A stretch of DNA of 39,278 nt, taken from positions 1-39,278 of the IMG/VR virus record IMGVR_UViG_3300043118_000021; one strand, written 5' to 3'. This document shows positions 17,536 to 26,773 of the stretch, one piece after another. The DNA is from a virus. Its lineage: Duplodnaviria > Caudoviricetes. The notes under the pieces were generated by a model. That model was not told where the DNA came from. It saw only the letters and a program-made list of their open reading frames with translations, and made no database searches. Every line of letters starts with the position of its first letter. The first letter of the stretch is position 1. A program made the position numbers and the translations under genes.

Positions 17536-18029
17536 TCTTCTACACTCCTTTTATTTAATTTCTTCCATAGATTTTTATTTTTATACTCTTCCTGATTACT
17601 AACCTCTTCTATCATCCAACCATACATCTCAAACTTTTCCATCTCAGCCTCATTTATAAATTCTATCTCTGCTACTATTAATTCAAGATCATCATAAAAA
17701 TCAACCTCTATAAAATTACCATCTAAAAAATAAATATCCCTCTGTTTAACTATTGGATAATAATCATTAACTAAAAACTTCTCGGCCATCTCATAACTTA
17801 TTTCATTACTCTCTTCATCCCTGACTTTCCCTACTCCACTTTTAAGATCAATAGTATTTCTTACTTCTTCATTCATTAAATTAACTTCTCTTCTTATCCT
17901 GCACTCACTTACTATATCGCTATACAAATAATTTTGCTCTATTAAATAACTACCTACATGATAATCTAACATATATTCAGGTACTCTATTTACTATGAAT
18001 TTTCTTTCTAATTCTTTTATATTATCCAC
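17526..18029 (-). CDS. CYTH/triphosphate tunnel metalloenzyme
   Basis: ELERKF (ExExK), IEQNYL, RIR, EVDFY, AEIEF and YKNKNL motifs. Confidence 0.88.
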   Translation of the reverse strand: MDNIKELERKFIVNRVPEYMLDYHVGSYLIEQNYLYSDIVSECRIRREVNLMNEEVRNTIDLKSGVGKVRDEESNEISYEMAEKFLVNDYYPIVKQRDIYFLDGNFIEVDFYDDLELIVAEIEFINEAEMEKFEMYGWMIEEVSNQEEYKNKNLWKKLNKRSVEEWE

Positions 18030-18104
18030 CTACCTTAGTAATAAGTTCAGCTAACCTTAATTTTACGAAATTTTCTCCGCACTTACTCATATATGCGGAT
18101 ATTT

Positions 18105-18305
18105 CTACCAACTGCTACTTTCTCCCTCATTCAATAATGTTAAGACTAATAATTCCCATCCCCAACTTAAAAAGATTAATGTCAGCAATATAAACAGATC
18201 AACTATATTCTCCAGCTCATAACCATCTTCAAAGAATAAAACCCATAATACTGCTAAATAATTAAATACTACTCCAGCTATATAGATATGCAATAATAAC
18301 TCCAT
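18105..18305 (-). CDS. Small membrane protein
   Basis: Two hydrophobic segments. Confidence 0.55.
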   Translation of the reverse strand: MELLLHIYIAGVVFNYLAVLWVLFFEDGYELENIVDLFILLTLIFLSWGWELLVLTLLNEGESSSW

Positions 18306-19079
18306 CTATAGCACCGCCTTAGCTTTTCTTTCATATCCCTCTAATATTATTTCAGGATAATCTTTACTTGCAGGCGGATATCCTTTCTCTTCTCCATATC
18401 CTCCATAATCTAAAAATGCATTAGTATTTACAAATAGCATATTCATTCTACTCTTCTTTCTATTCCTGTAATCTACTCTAAACCTACTCAACTTAAATAT
18501 AGCAGGCATATGAGTATGAGAATGCAAAAACACATCTGCATCTATTATCTTAGCCATATCTTCTAATTTATTAGTCTTACTACCTATTCTTTTTCCTCCG
18601 CCTCTGCCATGTTTCCCATATATACTATATACAGTTTTTCTATTATCTCTCCCTCTATTCTTCCCGAATGCTACATATAATAAATAAGCTACTTCTACAT
18701 AACGATCTTCTATTCCTAATTCCCTCGCCACTCTTTTTATTAATTTAATTCCATCAGTCCTATATGTCCTATCCTCATGATTTCCACTCGTAATTACTAA
18801 TATCTTATCTTTTACAGGCATTAATAAATCTACTAAATAATCTATCTGCTCATCTGGAGTCATTACTTCTCCATAACTATCACTAACAGATGTCCTCGTA
18901 GCATTATTAATTAAATCACCATTTACTATTAAATACATATCATTATTTTCTTCAACATCTTTTATAAACTTTTTAACTAACTTAAGATCTGCTAATCCAT
19001 CACCTATATGACTATCTGCTAATACTCTTATTCTTACCTCATTTAAATAATTTGGTAACTCTACATTTACTATATTCAT
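18306..19079 (-). CDS. Calcineurin-like metallophosphoesterase
   Basis: DSHIG, GDLIN, GNHE, HG and SHTH motifs. Confidence 0.9.
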   Translation of the reverse strand: MNIVNVELPNYLNEVRIRVLADSHIGDGLADLKLVKKFIKDVEENNDMYLIVNGDLINNATRTSVSDSYGEVMTPDEQIDYLVDLLMPVKDKILVITSGNHEDRTYRTDGIKLIKRVARELGIEDRYVEVAYLLYVAFGKNRGRDNRKTVYSIYGKHGRGGGKRIGSKTNKLEDMAKIIDADVFLHSHTHMPAIFKLSRFRVDYRNRKKSRMNMLFVNTNAFLDYGGYGEEKGYPPASKDYPEIILEGYERKAKAVL

Positions 19080-19193
19080 TTACAAATTCCTCCAATTCCC
19101 CTGTATCTTATTTGTGAACAGTTATTCATCTTTTTGCCAATAAATAGAAAAAAGACAACCTTTTTATTAGATTGCCTTCTTCTTTACTACTAT

Positions 19194-19427
19194 TTAATAT
19201 TCTATTTCTAATTCTCTTACATGCTCTTTCTTTATTATTCTTACTCTTTTTTCTCCATCAAAATCTTCATGTTTTATACTTATATATCCTTTTATTAAAT
19301 CATCTTTAATCCATTCTACTTTGTCATATACTATTAGACTACTATCATAATGATCTTCATAATATACTGTTAATTTAAAAATATCCTTCCCCCTCTTCCA
19401 CCTCAAATCTTTTATGTGCATCTTCAT
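19194..19427 (-). CDS. Hypothetical protein
   Basis: ORF in a packed run; start uncertain. Confidence 0.5.
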   Translation of the reverse strand: MKMHIKDLRWKRGKDIFKLTVYYEDHYDSSLIVYDKVEWIKDDLIKGYISIKHEDFDGEKRVRIIKKEHVRELEIEY

Positions 19428-19557
19428 ATCCTATCCAATTATCTACTCCTAATATATCTAAACACTCTAATAATTTACTGTCTTTCTTTAATTGTTTATA
19501 TTCTTTCTCTGTTATCTCTACTTTCTTTTCTTTTACTTCTTCCATTTCTGTGGGCAT
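19375..19557 (-). CDS. Hypothetical phage protein
   Basis: L..L...GVDNW.GY motif, recurrent in phages. Confidence 0.65.
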   Translation of the reverse strand: MPTEMEEVKEKKVEITEKEYKQLKKDSKLLECLDILGVDNWIGYEDAHKRFEVEEGEGYF

Positions 19558-19577
19558 TTCTTTTCCCTCCTCGATTT

Positions 19578-19769
19578 TTATTTCTCACACTCATGTTCCC
19601 TGCTTAATATTTTTGGTATATAATACCTTGTTTTCTCTTTATTATTCATTACAAATTCTACTGCACATGTCCTTAACCTCTTCCCGCACTTTTCACATTT
19701 CCAATATCCACTTAATCCTTCTGTATATAATCCTATATTATATCTGCTATTTTCATATACTAAACCCAT
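19578..19769 (-). CDS. Small hypothetical protein (CxxC)
   Basis: 63 aa, WKCEKCG. Confidence 0.5.
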   Translation of the reverse strand: MGLVYENSRYNIGLYTEGLSGYWKCEKCGKRLRTCAVEFVMNNKEKTRYYIPKILSREHECEK

Positions 19770-19783
19770 TTCCTTTTCCGCCT

Positions 19784-19945
19784 TTATATATTTAATCTAT
19801 TTTTCTGCCACTCATTTATTCTACCTTCACAACTCATACATACACTTACTAATTTATCTCCATCTTTTATCATTATTCTTTCATGATCTATTTCTATTTC
19901 TTCTCCGCAGATTACACACTCTTCTTTTAAATCAGGTGCAAACAT
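19784..19945 (-). CDS. Small zinc-finger protein (53 aa)
   Basis: Not in track; CVICGEE...VCMSCE. Confidence 0.55.
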   Translation of the reverse strand: MFAPDLKEECVICGEEIEIDHERIMIKDGDKLVSVCMSCEGRINEWQKNRLNI

Positions 19946-20137
19946 TTATAACCACCCCATTAAATTAAACCAATACAAAAATAAAGCTAATTCTATTGAT
20001 CCTGCTACTGCTAAAGAAATATAACTTGCAGGTGTTTTCATTTCATAATTATGATTTCCTTGAAAACCATTTGCTAAATTTCCTAATATACCTAAACCAG
20101 TTAATATAATATAAATAAAACTAATTACTTTTAACAT
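19946..20137 (-). CDS. Small membrane protein
   Basis: Two hydrophobic segments. Confidence 0.55.
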   Translation of the reverse strand: MLKVISFIYIILTGLGILGNLANGFQGNHNYEMKTPASYISLAVAGSIELALFLYWFNLMGWL

Positions 20138-20411
20138 TCTCCTTCACCTCTACCCTTTTTAGATATTCATAATCATCTACCTCTTGAATTTCACTTATTA
20201 CTCTTTCTACCTCTACTACTTCTTTTATATTTAAATTATTTACTTGATCATATTCTTTTAACTTCTCTACTAACTTCCCCGCTTTTTCTTTTGCTTTATC
20301 TAATAACTCAGCCTTCTCTCTTAACAATTCCATCTCTACCTCTATCGCATTTAAATAACTTCTCATCTCATTTATATAGATCTTATCTAATTGATCTTTT
20401 ATTTTAGGCAT
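20121..20411 (-). CDS. Hypothetical protein
   Basis: 96-aa ORF. Confidence 0.55.
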   Translation of the reverse strand: MPKIKDQLDKIYINEMRSYLNAIEVEMELLREKAELLDKAKEKAGKLVEKLKEYDQVNNLNIKEVVEVERVISEIQEVDDYEYLKRVEVKENVKSN

Positions 20412-20416
20412 TTAAA

Positions 20417-20680
20417 TCACTTTCCCTTATTTATTTCTCGATTGTAAGAATTGACTGCTACAATCTCAATTCCTTCCGCCCTCTTATGATTAAGATCTTT
20501 ATCATATACTGACTTAATATAATTTAATTTCTTATCAATATTCTCAGGAGGTACTATGATATTTTCTAACTTAGGATAATCTTTAACTTTAACACTTAAA
20601 ATTATTGTCTCATTATATTTCTTAGCTATTTCAAATTTACTCTCTAAACCTTCTAAATCAATTCCTATTATTTTCCTCAC
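20417..20680 (-). CDS. Hypothetical phage protein
   Basis: ENI..KL.YI...YD.DL motif, recurrent in Firmicutes phages. Confidence 0.65.
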   Translation of the reverse strand: MRKIIGIDLEGLESKFEIAKKYNETIILSVKVKDYPKLENIIVPPENIDKKLNYIKSVYDKDLNHKRAEGIEIVAVNSYNREINKGK

Positions 20681-20740
20681 CTTCCTTTAATATTTTAGGA
20701 TAAATTACTAAAATAAATATTAATGTTATTAAACATTCAA

Positions 20741-20941
20741 TCATTCTACTCTACTCACCGATAAAAATACTATGTTATAATACTGACCTTCTTCTCTTAC
20801 ATGATGTTTATATATCTCATGCCTTAATTTATCTAAATTTGGATAAGGGAAAAATCCAAAAACTTCTTTTGTCAAATTATTTACCCCTTTATAATTATCA
20901 TTCTGAAAATGATAACTAACTAAGAACTTCCTTTTAAACAT
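20741..20941 (-). CDS. Hypothetical protein
   Basis: 66 aa, GGGAGG RBS. Confidence 0.55.
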   Translation of the reverse strand: MFKRKFLVSYHFQNDNYKGVNNLTKEVFGFFPYPNLDKLRHEIYKHHVREEGQYYNIVFLSVSRVE

Positions 20942-20944
20942 CTT

Positions 20945-21184
20945 TTACCTCCCTATAATTCTATTTAATGTTTTTTCTACTTCTCTTCTTTCTTTCCAGC
21001 CTTTCCATTCTCTTCTTATTACCTCTCCCATTAAGCTAATTACATATAGGAAAAATAAACCAAAGACTGCTAAAAATACATATTCTGAATAACTTTTAAA
21101 TAGTTGATCTAATAATTTTACTACTCCCGCTAATATACTTATAAATACTAATCCTGTTATTAAATTTAATGCTTTCTCTTTCAT
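20945..21184 (-). CDS. Small membrane protein
   Basis: Two TM-like segments and a basic tail. Confidence 0.6.
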   Translation of the reverse strand: MKEKALNLITGLVFISILAGVVKLLDQLFKSYSEYVFLAVFGLFFLYVISLMGEVIRREWKGWKERREVEKTLNRIIGR

Positions 21185-21196
21185 TTTTCCATCTCC

Positions 21197-21751
21197 TTAA
21201 TGCTCTATTTCCTTAATTTCATCAGGACTTGCTATAACTGTCATCCCTTCGGTAGCACCTACACTCACAACTCTACAATAATAATCTACCTTCTCGACCA
21301 TATAATCATAGCTAACAAATATAACTTCACATTTTTTACCCTCTTCATTCCAAAATCTATCTCCAGCCACTAATTCATCCGCTTGCTTTTTATAAAATAA
21401 TTCTCTTTCCATTGCAAACATATTAACTAAATCCCCATTTTCGTTTTTAAATGAGATCGCATATTTCATACCTCTATGATCTGCCTTATCTGCAATGCCT
21501 ACTAATATTGCATCAAAATTAAAGCCTTTAAAATGGAAAATCACTTCATCCCCAACTTCAAACTTATATGCTTTACTTAAATGATCAATATGACACTCTT
21601 CAAAATAAACTTCATCACTATCAGATACCACTACATTTGAACTTTCTTTTATTATCCTTTGAACTACTACATTATCACCAACATCAAAAGCATCAAATAC
21701 ATCATTTTTAATTATCATGCACATTCCAATCTCAACATCTTTTATATTCAC
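21197..21751 (-). CDS. SH3/KOW-like repeat protein, paralog of next ORF
   Basis: KFEVGDEVIF...KKQADELVAGDRF. Confidence 0.6.
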   Translation of the reverse strand: MNIKDVEIGMCMIIKNDVFDAFDVGDNVVVQRIIKESSNVVVSDSDEVYFEECHIDHLSKAYKFEVGDEVIFHFKGFNFDAILVGIADKADHRGMKYAISFKNENGDLVNMFAMERELFYKKQADELVAGDRFWNEEGKKCEVIFVSYDYMVEKVDYYCRVVSVGATEGMTVIASPDEIKEIEH

Positions 21752-21763
21752 TATCTCATCTCC

Positions 21764-22135
21764 TTAATATTTAACTTCTTCAATCCCGAACTCATCAATT
21801 AAATAAATATTTCCACTTGGTACTGCTTTTGCTAAATAACACATTGCTTTATCATTCTCACTATACTCTCTCCCGCAAACTATATATTCAACACCATCTA
21901 CTCCAATAAATCTATCATCTTCTTCTAACTCATCTGCCTCTTTCTTTTTTATTATCCTATCTTCTGCAACTATTAGATGACCTATTCTATTTTCTTCTTT
22001 AATTGTAATTGCATATCTCTGTCCAGCCGGATTCTCTTTTTCAGCTACTCCGAATACTTTCCCATCATAATCTCCTTTATAACCTAAATAAACTACTTCA
22101 TCTCCCTTTTGAAACTTACTATCTTCTAAATTCAT
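21764..22135 (-). CDS. SH3/KOW-like repeat protein, paralog of previous ORF
   Basis: KFQKGDEVVY...KKEADELEEDDRF. Confidence 0.6.
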   Translation of the reverse strand: MNLEDSKFQKGDEVVYLGYKGDYDGKVFGVAEKENPAGQRYAITIKEENRIGHLIVAEDRIIKKKEADELEEDDRFIGVDGVEYIVCGREYSENDKAMCYLAKAVPSGNIYLIDEFGIEEVKY

Positions 22136-22158
22136 CTTTTATATCGCCTCCTCACTAA

Positions 22159-22189
22159 TATATAAAAGATCAATTCAGATTATTTTAAG
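22159..22189 (-). promoter_or_regulatory. Putative middle-class promoter M3
   Basis: CTTAAA-N14-TCTTTTATATA. Confidence 0.7.
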
Positions 22190-22198
22190 TGATAAAAG

Positions 22199-22225
22199 AA
22201 AAAAGATGCAGAAATTAATCTGCAC
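22199..22225 (-). terminator. Terminator of the parB-GT operon
   Basis: GTGCAGA-TTAATT-TCTGCAT-CTTTTTT. Confidence 0.7.
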
Positions 22226-22414
22226 CTATCTCCAAAACTCATAACCCTTTTCTACTTGATCTGCTATTTTCTTACTACTTACTATTAATACTGTCGTCTC
22301 ATCTCCTCTTTGGGTAGCATACAATACTTTAACTTTCCAATAATTATAATCATCTTTCTCTACAAATATAGGATCTGATAAAACTTCCTTAACTTCATAT
22401 CTTAATTTATTCAT
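22226..22414 (-). CDS. Hypothetical protein
   Basis: 62 aa, third gene of the parB-GT operon. Confidence 0.55.
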   Translation of the reverse strand: MNKLRYEVKEVLSDPIFVEKDDYNYWKVKVLYATQRGDETTVLIVSSKKIADQVEKGYEFWR

Positions 22415-22415
22415 C

Positions 22416-23177
22416 TTACACCCCTGACAATGGACATTTAACTACTGGATTTATACTATCATTTCTTAATTTTACTACTTTTCTTCCCCACTTTTTCTGC
22501 AATCTCTCATTATGTCGATTTTCTTTATCCTGAGTTCTATAACTTACCACTCCGCCTTTTTTATTAATATGATTTACTGAATAATGGTATTTATTAAATC
22601 TTAATACTTTATGATATTTATGCATTACTTGCAGACTAATATCATAATCCTCTTTTAAATATAAATATTCATCATATCTTATAAATGCAGGTAACTCATC
22701 AGTAAATGCTTGAAATGGCCCTAAAATTGGACTTAACATATTAAAAGGAGTATATTGCATATAAGCAATAGGATCAGTATTAACATTTATTCCCCACATA
22801 GGAGTACCCAAATCCTTAGCCATTATAAAGCCTCTCTCCAGCATCACATCTATTTCATCAGGACTCATTTTTATATTAGTCTCAAAATTTTCATGATATC
22901 CAATATAATCATAATCATCATCTACAATAACTACATTCTTGCCTTCATAATTATTTAAAATCCAATTTCTTTTCTTAACAATATTTCCATCCGCCTCATC
23001 AGGTATTACTAATAATTCGCACCCATTTTCATAAGGCTCATACTTCCTATAATCTTCTTCCTGACTTTTTGGTATTACTATATATGCATTATTAAAAACT
23101 TTATCACTCGTAATTGCTCCTGCTCTTTTATAGCTTATAATAAATACCTGAAAATCTAAGCCACTAATAAAATCCAC
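22416..23177 (-). CDS. GT-A glycosyltransferase, TET-associated (TAGT)/GREB1-like family
   Basis: FIISYKRA start, RNWIL, VIVDDD (DxD), KEDYDISL and GGV..YR motifs. Confidence 0.75.
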   Translation of the reverse strand: MDFISGLDFQVFIISYKRAGAITSDKVFNNAYIVIPKSQEEDYRKYEPYENGCELLVIPDEADGNIVKKRNWILNNYEGKNVVIVDDDYDYIGYHENFETNIKMSPDEIDVMLERGFIMAKDLGTPMWGINVNTDPIAYMQYTPFNMLSPILGPFQAFTDELPAFIRYDEYLYLKEDYDISLQVMHKYHKVLRFNKYHYSVNHINKKGGVVSYRTQDKENRHNERLQKKWGRKVVKLRNDSINPVVKCPLSGV

Positions 23178-23827
23178 TAAAATTCACTCTCCTGCTTCAA
23201 CATTTCTAAAACTTTCTTACCATCTATTACTCTACCAATACCCGCTCTTTGAAAATTCTCTCCTTTACTCCATAACGCTTTTACTGTCTTAAGATCAAAT
23301 ATATCCTGAGCAACTTGCCAATCCATACTATTATCAAATTTCAATACTACATATTGATGTTCTTCTAACAATTCATCTGAGAATTCTATCTCAGGCTTTT
23401 CCTCTTCCATCTCTTTTTGCTGACTTTTAGCTAATTCTTCCATGATCTCATCTAACTCTACATCCTTAAATCCTGTTAAATCTATATCATAATCCAACTC
23501 ATCTAAATCTGCTATTTCCTCCAGCAATAATTCATAATCCCATTCTGAATACTGAGCTGACTTATTATCCATAATTCTAAACGCTTTTATCTGCTCATCA
23601 CTAAGATCATCAGCAACTATTGCAGGTACTTCTTCAATCCCTAACCTCTTACACGCCTCAACTCTTGTATGCCCTGCTACTAAAATATTATCTTCATCTA
23701 CTATTACAGGAACTTTAAAACCAAACTCTCTTATACTTTTTGCAACTTCATTTACTGCTTGGTGATTAACTCTCGGATTTTTCTCATAAGGTACCAATTC
23801 ATCTACTTTTTTATTAATAACTTCCAT
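23177..23827 (-). CDS. ParB/Srx-like N-terminal domain protein
   Basis: LVPYEKNPR, SIREFGF, PVIVD, AGHTR and FRIMDNK motifs. Confidence 0.9.
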   Translation of the reverse strand: MEVINKKVDELVPYEKNPRVNHQAVNEVAKSIREFGFKVPVIVDEDNILVAGHTRVEACKRLGIEEVPAIVADDLSDEQIKAFRIMDNKSAQYSEWDYELLLEEIADLDELDYDIDLTGFKDVELDEIMEELAKSQQKEMEEEKPEIEFSDELLEEHQYVVLKFDNSMDWQVAQDIFDLKTVKALWSKGENFQRAGIGRVIDGKKVLEMLKQESEF

Positions 23828-23862
23828 TATTTCACTCCCTATAATTTATTGTTACACCTTCT

Positions 23863-23896
23863 CACTTATATTGCCTGTATTTCGTTACAATTTAAG
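23863..23896 (-). promoter_or_regulatory. Putative late-class promoter L3
   Basis: CTTAAA-N15-GGCAATATAAGTG. Confidence 0.7.
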
Positions 23897-24083
23897 GAAA
23901 ATAATCTCTAATACTTTCAACATTTTTATTTAACATCTCATATAATTTAGTAATAAATAATCTATTAAATTCAATTTCTTTACTTCTCCTAAACCTCTGC
24001 TGTCTATATGTCTCATAACTATATTCTAATTTATCTCTTTTATTCTTAGCTTTATCCGTATAATATGGATCATTTGCCCTCAA
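23892..24083 (-). CDS. Hypothetical protein
   Basis: 63-aa ORF; start uncertain. Confidence 0.45.
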   Translation of the reverse strand: MRANDPYYTDKAKNKRDKLEYSYETYRQQRFRRSKEIEFNRLFITKLYEMLNKNVESIRDYFP

Positions 24084-24127
24084 CCATTCATCAGTTAAAT
24101 TATCTAAATCATTTTTATTTAGCGTAA

Positions 24128-24484
24128 TTAATCCCCTCCGCTTAAATATTCAGAAATTGCATCTAAACTGCAATCTACTATATATCCAATAGTAGTCTGA
24201 TGTAAATCAAACTTCTTCCCGACCTCTTCCTGAGTGTATCCTGCTATTAAATATGTTTTTAAAACTTCTATTTCCCTCTCCTCTAAAGGTGTTTTATCCA
24301 TTCCATTTAAACCTAACATATTATCTAAATCTATTTTTATAGCCATTGCTACTTGATCTCCGCTTTCACACTTATCACATATCCAAAAATAAGATAAAAA
24401 AAGCCTTCTAAAAGTAGAAGGCTCAGAATAATCAGCACTCTTCATAAGTGCTACATTATATACTTCCCTTTTAACTGCTCCCAA
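24128..24484 (-). CDS. Sigma70 region-4-like HTH protein
   Basis: LEEREIEVL..Y...GYTQEEVGKKFDLHQTTI. Confidence 0.75.
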   Translation of the reverse strand: MGAVKREVYNVALMKSADYSEPSTFRRLFLSYFWICDKCESGDQVAMAIKIDLDNMLGLNGMDKTPLEEREIEVLKTYLIAGYTQEEVGKKFDLHQTTIGYIVDCSLDAISEYLSGGD

Positions 24485-24838
24485 CTATTCTTCATCTCCT
24501 CCAATTTCCTTTAATTTTTTAATTTTAACTTTTAGATCTTCTATATAAACTAAAGCATCTGTTAATTCTTCCGCAAAATATTCAAGCATCTCTAAATCAT
24601 TTAATTCTTCATTTTCATTTAATACCTGACCATATTTATCCAAACCCTTTCTCGTCTGCTTATCTACTCTATCCATTATACTCTGTCTGTATTCTAACCT
24701 TAAGACTTCCATTTCCTTCTCTAATACTCTCTTAACTCTCCCTATACCTGCCTGCAATGTTACCTGATCTATCCATCCATTTCCATTTTCTAACTCTAAT
24801 AGCTTACTCAAAGCCTCTTTAGTCTTATCTCCTACCAT
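24485..24838 (-). CDS. MazG-like (all-alpha) NTP pyrophosphatase-like protein
   Basis: KGLDKYG...EYFAEELTDALVY. Confidence 0.6.
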   Translation of the reverse strand: MVGDKTKEALSKLLELENGNGWIDQVTLQAGIGRVKRVLEKEMEVLRLEYRQSIMDRVDKQTRKGLDKYGQVLNENEELNDLEMLEYFAEELTDALVYIEDLKVKIKKLKEIGGDEE

Positions 24839-25104
24839 TATTTATCTCTCCAATCTCTATAAAAAGGGCAATCAAAGGTAGCATTCTCTTCTAATACCCA
24901 TACATAATCATCTTTTACTAATTCATCCGTTAAGCTATATCTTAGCCCTTTCATAAATTTATTTATAAAATCCTCATTATCGCACTCACATATTTTCTCC
25001 ACAAAACTTTTATATTGATACCTCTCATTATATTTACAATTATCATGAGGGCAATGCCAATCAAAAATAAACTCAATTAGAGGTACTCTCTTAACTTCTT
25101 CCAC
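24838..25104 (-). CDS. Cys-containing hypothetical protein
   Basis: 88-aa ORF. Confidence 0.55.
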   Translation of the reverse strand: MEEVKRVPLIEFIFDWHCPHDNCKYNERYQYKSFVEKICECDNEDFINKFMKGLRYSLTDELVKDDYVWVLEENATFDCPFYRDWRDK

Positions 25105-25582
25105 TACTTCCTATCCCTCCTCTATCTTCATTACCTAAACTTTCTACTTCTTTAAACTCAATTTCTTGCATCTTCTTTTGTATCCTGAATTGACAAACTC
25201 TATCATTTTTCCTAATATGTCCATCTTTTAATGCATAACCTACAAAAAACCACTCATCATTATCTCCGCAATAACTTTCATCAATAACTCCCTGACTATT
25301 AACCTGTATCAATCCATAATGCTTAAATGTACTACTTCTCGGCAATACTTGCCCCTCATATCCTTTTGGCAATTCCATTGCTACTCCTAAACCGATCTTA
25401 ACTAAATCACCTTTTTCATATAAGCTGACTCCATGCTTAGAATGATCCCTTTTTATTAATTCATAGTCCTCTCCAAAACGCTTAACCTCTAATGTACTTA
25501 CTCTTAGATCTATCCAATCCCCATTATCAAACTTTTTTAACTTATCTATTTTACTATCTAAATATTTTACTTTAATATTCAC
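25091..25582 (-). CDS. dut: Trimeric dUTPase
   Basis: [23 protein letters not shown] and RGGIGSSG motifs. Confidence 0.95.
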   Translation of the reverse strand: MNIKVKYLDSKIDKLKKFDNGDWIDLRVSTLEVKRFGEDYELIKRDHSKHGVSLYEKGDLVKIGLGVAMELPKGYEGQVLPRSSTFKHYGLIQVNSQGVIDESYCGDNDEWFFVGYALKDGHIRKNDRVCQFRIQKKMQEIEFKEVESLGNEDRGGIGSSGRS

Positions 25583-26198
25583 TTAACTCATTCCTATACT
25601 TCATTACATCTCTTGAATACTCTATGCTTACGACTCCCTGACTCTTTAGCTCTCTAAACCCACTCAATCCTTTATGATATGCTATTACAGCCTCTTCTTC
25701 TCCCATTACCTTCTCATGCATCTGCCTTAAAATATAAACTCCTGCCTCAATATTCTCATAAGGATTACTTCTCCAATATTTATAACCTAAATCATTTTCT
25801 ATCTCCTCAGCCCAATATTTATTATTGATCTGCATTAATCCATAATCTTTACTATTACCATTATCATTTAATGCAGTTATTTTATAACTACTTTCTCTAA
25901 ACATTACAGCTAATACTAAATCATAATCAACTTGATATCTCCTCGCTGTTAAATATGTATGCAACTGTAAATCTTCACTTAAAGGTATATCTCTTAAATA
26001 CTTACTTTTATCTACCATATCTTTTAAAATAATCAGCTCAGATTTAAATTTACTCAGATCTTTTTCTACTTCAACTATTCTTTTCTCTAACCTTAATATT
26101 TGATTATCTATTTCCTCATTTATCCCGATCATTACTCCAGCTACCAACAATGAAATTAATATAAAGAATATTACCTCAGCCTTTAAATAACTTCGCAT
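25572..26198 (-). CDS. Membrane-anchored lytic transglycosylase (SLT domain)
   Basis: N-terminal TM; AVMFRESS catalytic Glu, GLMQIN, NIEAG and AYHKG motifs. Confidence 0.88.
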   Translation of the reverse strand: MRSYLKAEVIFFILISLLVAGVMIGINEEIDNQILRLEKRIVEVEKDLSKFKSELIILKDMVDKSKYLRDIPLSEDLQLHTYLTARRYQVDYDLVLAVMFRESSYKITALNDNGNSKDYGLMQINNKYWAEEIENDLGYKYWRSNPYENIEAGVYILRQMHEKVMGEEEAVIAYHKGLSGFRELKSQGVVSIEYSRDVMKYRNELSEY

Positions 26199-26473
26199 CT
26201 TTCTAATCCTTCCATAGCCTCTTTAATGCTATTCATTCTACTTCTCAAATTATTAACAGCTTTATCTAACTCCCTTTCATTCTCCGCAATAAAATAGCCT
26301 GTACTATCACTACATACTGCTAAACCATCTACTCTTAATTCATGAACTATTCTTCTTACCGCTGATCCTTTTACTCCATATAACTGCTTTAATGTCTTAC
26401 TTGTTACCGCATTCATTCTCCCAACTGCTTTCTTTTCTAAATAATCTTTAATTAAATTTTTCATTTTCCTCAA
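26183..26473 (-). CDS. Winged-HTH DNA-binding protein
   Basis: AVTSKTL...VRRIVHELR..G..VCS...GYFIA. Confidence 0.7.
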   Translation of the reverse strand: MRKMKNLIKDYLEKKAVGRMNAVTSKTLKQLYGVKGSAVRRIVHELRVDGLAVCSDSTGYFIAENERELDKAVNNLRSRMNSIKEAMEGLERCEVI

Positions 26474-26501
26474 CTCCTTTATTTTTTATTACCTTCACTT
26501 A

Positions 26502-26532
26502 TATATAAAAGAATTGACCTGCATTTTTTAAG
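26502..26532 (-). promoter_or_regulatory. Putative middle-class promoter M4
   Basis: CTTAAA-N14-TCTTTTATATA. Confidence 0.7.
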
Positions 26533-26539
26533 CAAAAAC

Positions 26540-26576
26540 AAAAAAAAAAGAGGAAGAGCTTTTACACTCTTCCCCT
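26540..26576 (-). terminator. Terminator of the nrdJ operon
   Basis: AGGGGAAGAG...CTCTTCCTCT plus long T tract. Confidence 0.8.
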
Positions 26577-26586
26577 AATTAATTAC

Positions 26587-26763
26587 TTATTCTATTTTTT
26601 CAAATAATCCGCAATGACATTTACCTTCTTCTATAAATTCCTTGCAAGGACAAATATTATCATCATTAATTTCAAACTTGCAAGGACAATATCCATCTTT
26701 ATTCTTTAATCCTTGCCTCAATGTCTCTAATAACTCTTTATTATCCGTTAATTTAAATTTCAT
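26587..26763 (-). CDS. Minimal ferredoxin:thioredoxin reductase catalytic-subunit-like protein (58 aa)
   Basis: Not in track; MKFKLTDNKELLETLRQGLKNKDGYCPCKFEINDDNICPCKEFIEEGKCHCGLFEKIE*; CPC/CPC/CHC signature; GGAG RBS. Confidence 0.85.
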   Translation of the reverse strand: MKFKLTDNKELLETLRQGLKNKDGYCPCKFEINDDNICPCKEFIEEGKCHCGLFEKIE

Positions 26764-26773
26764 TTCATTACTC

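Noticed and set aside
25572-26198. SLT protein as the lysis endolysin
   Set aside because: Sits in a nucleotide-metabolism middle operon with no adjacent holin; lysis role not supportable
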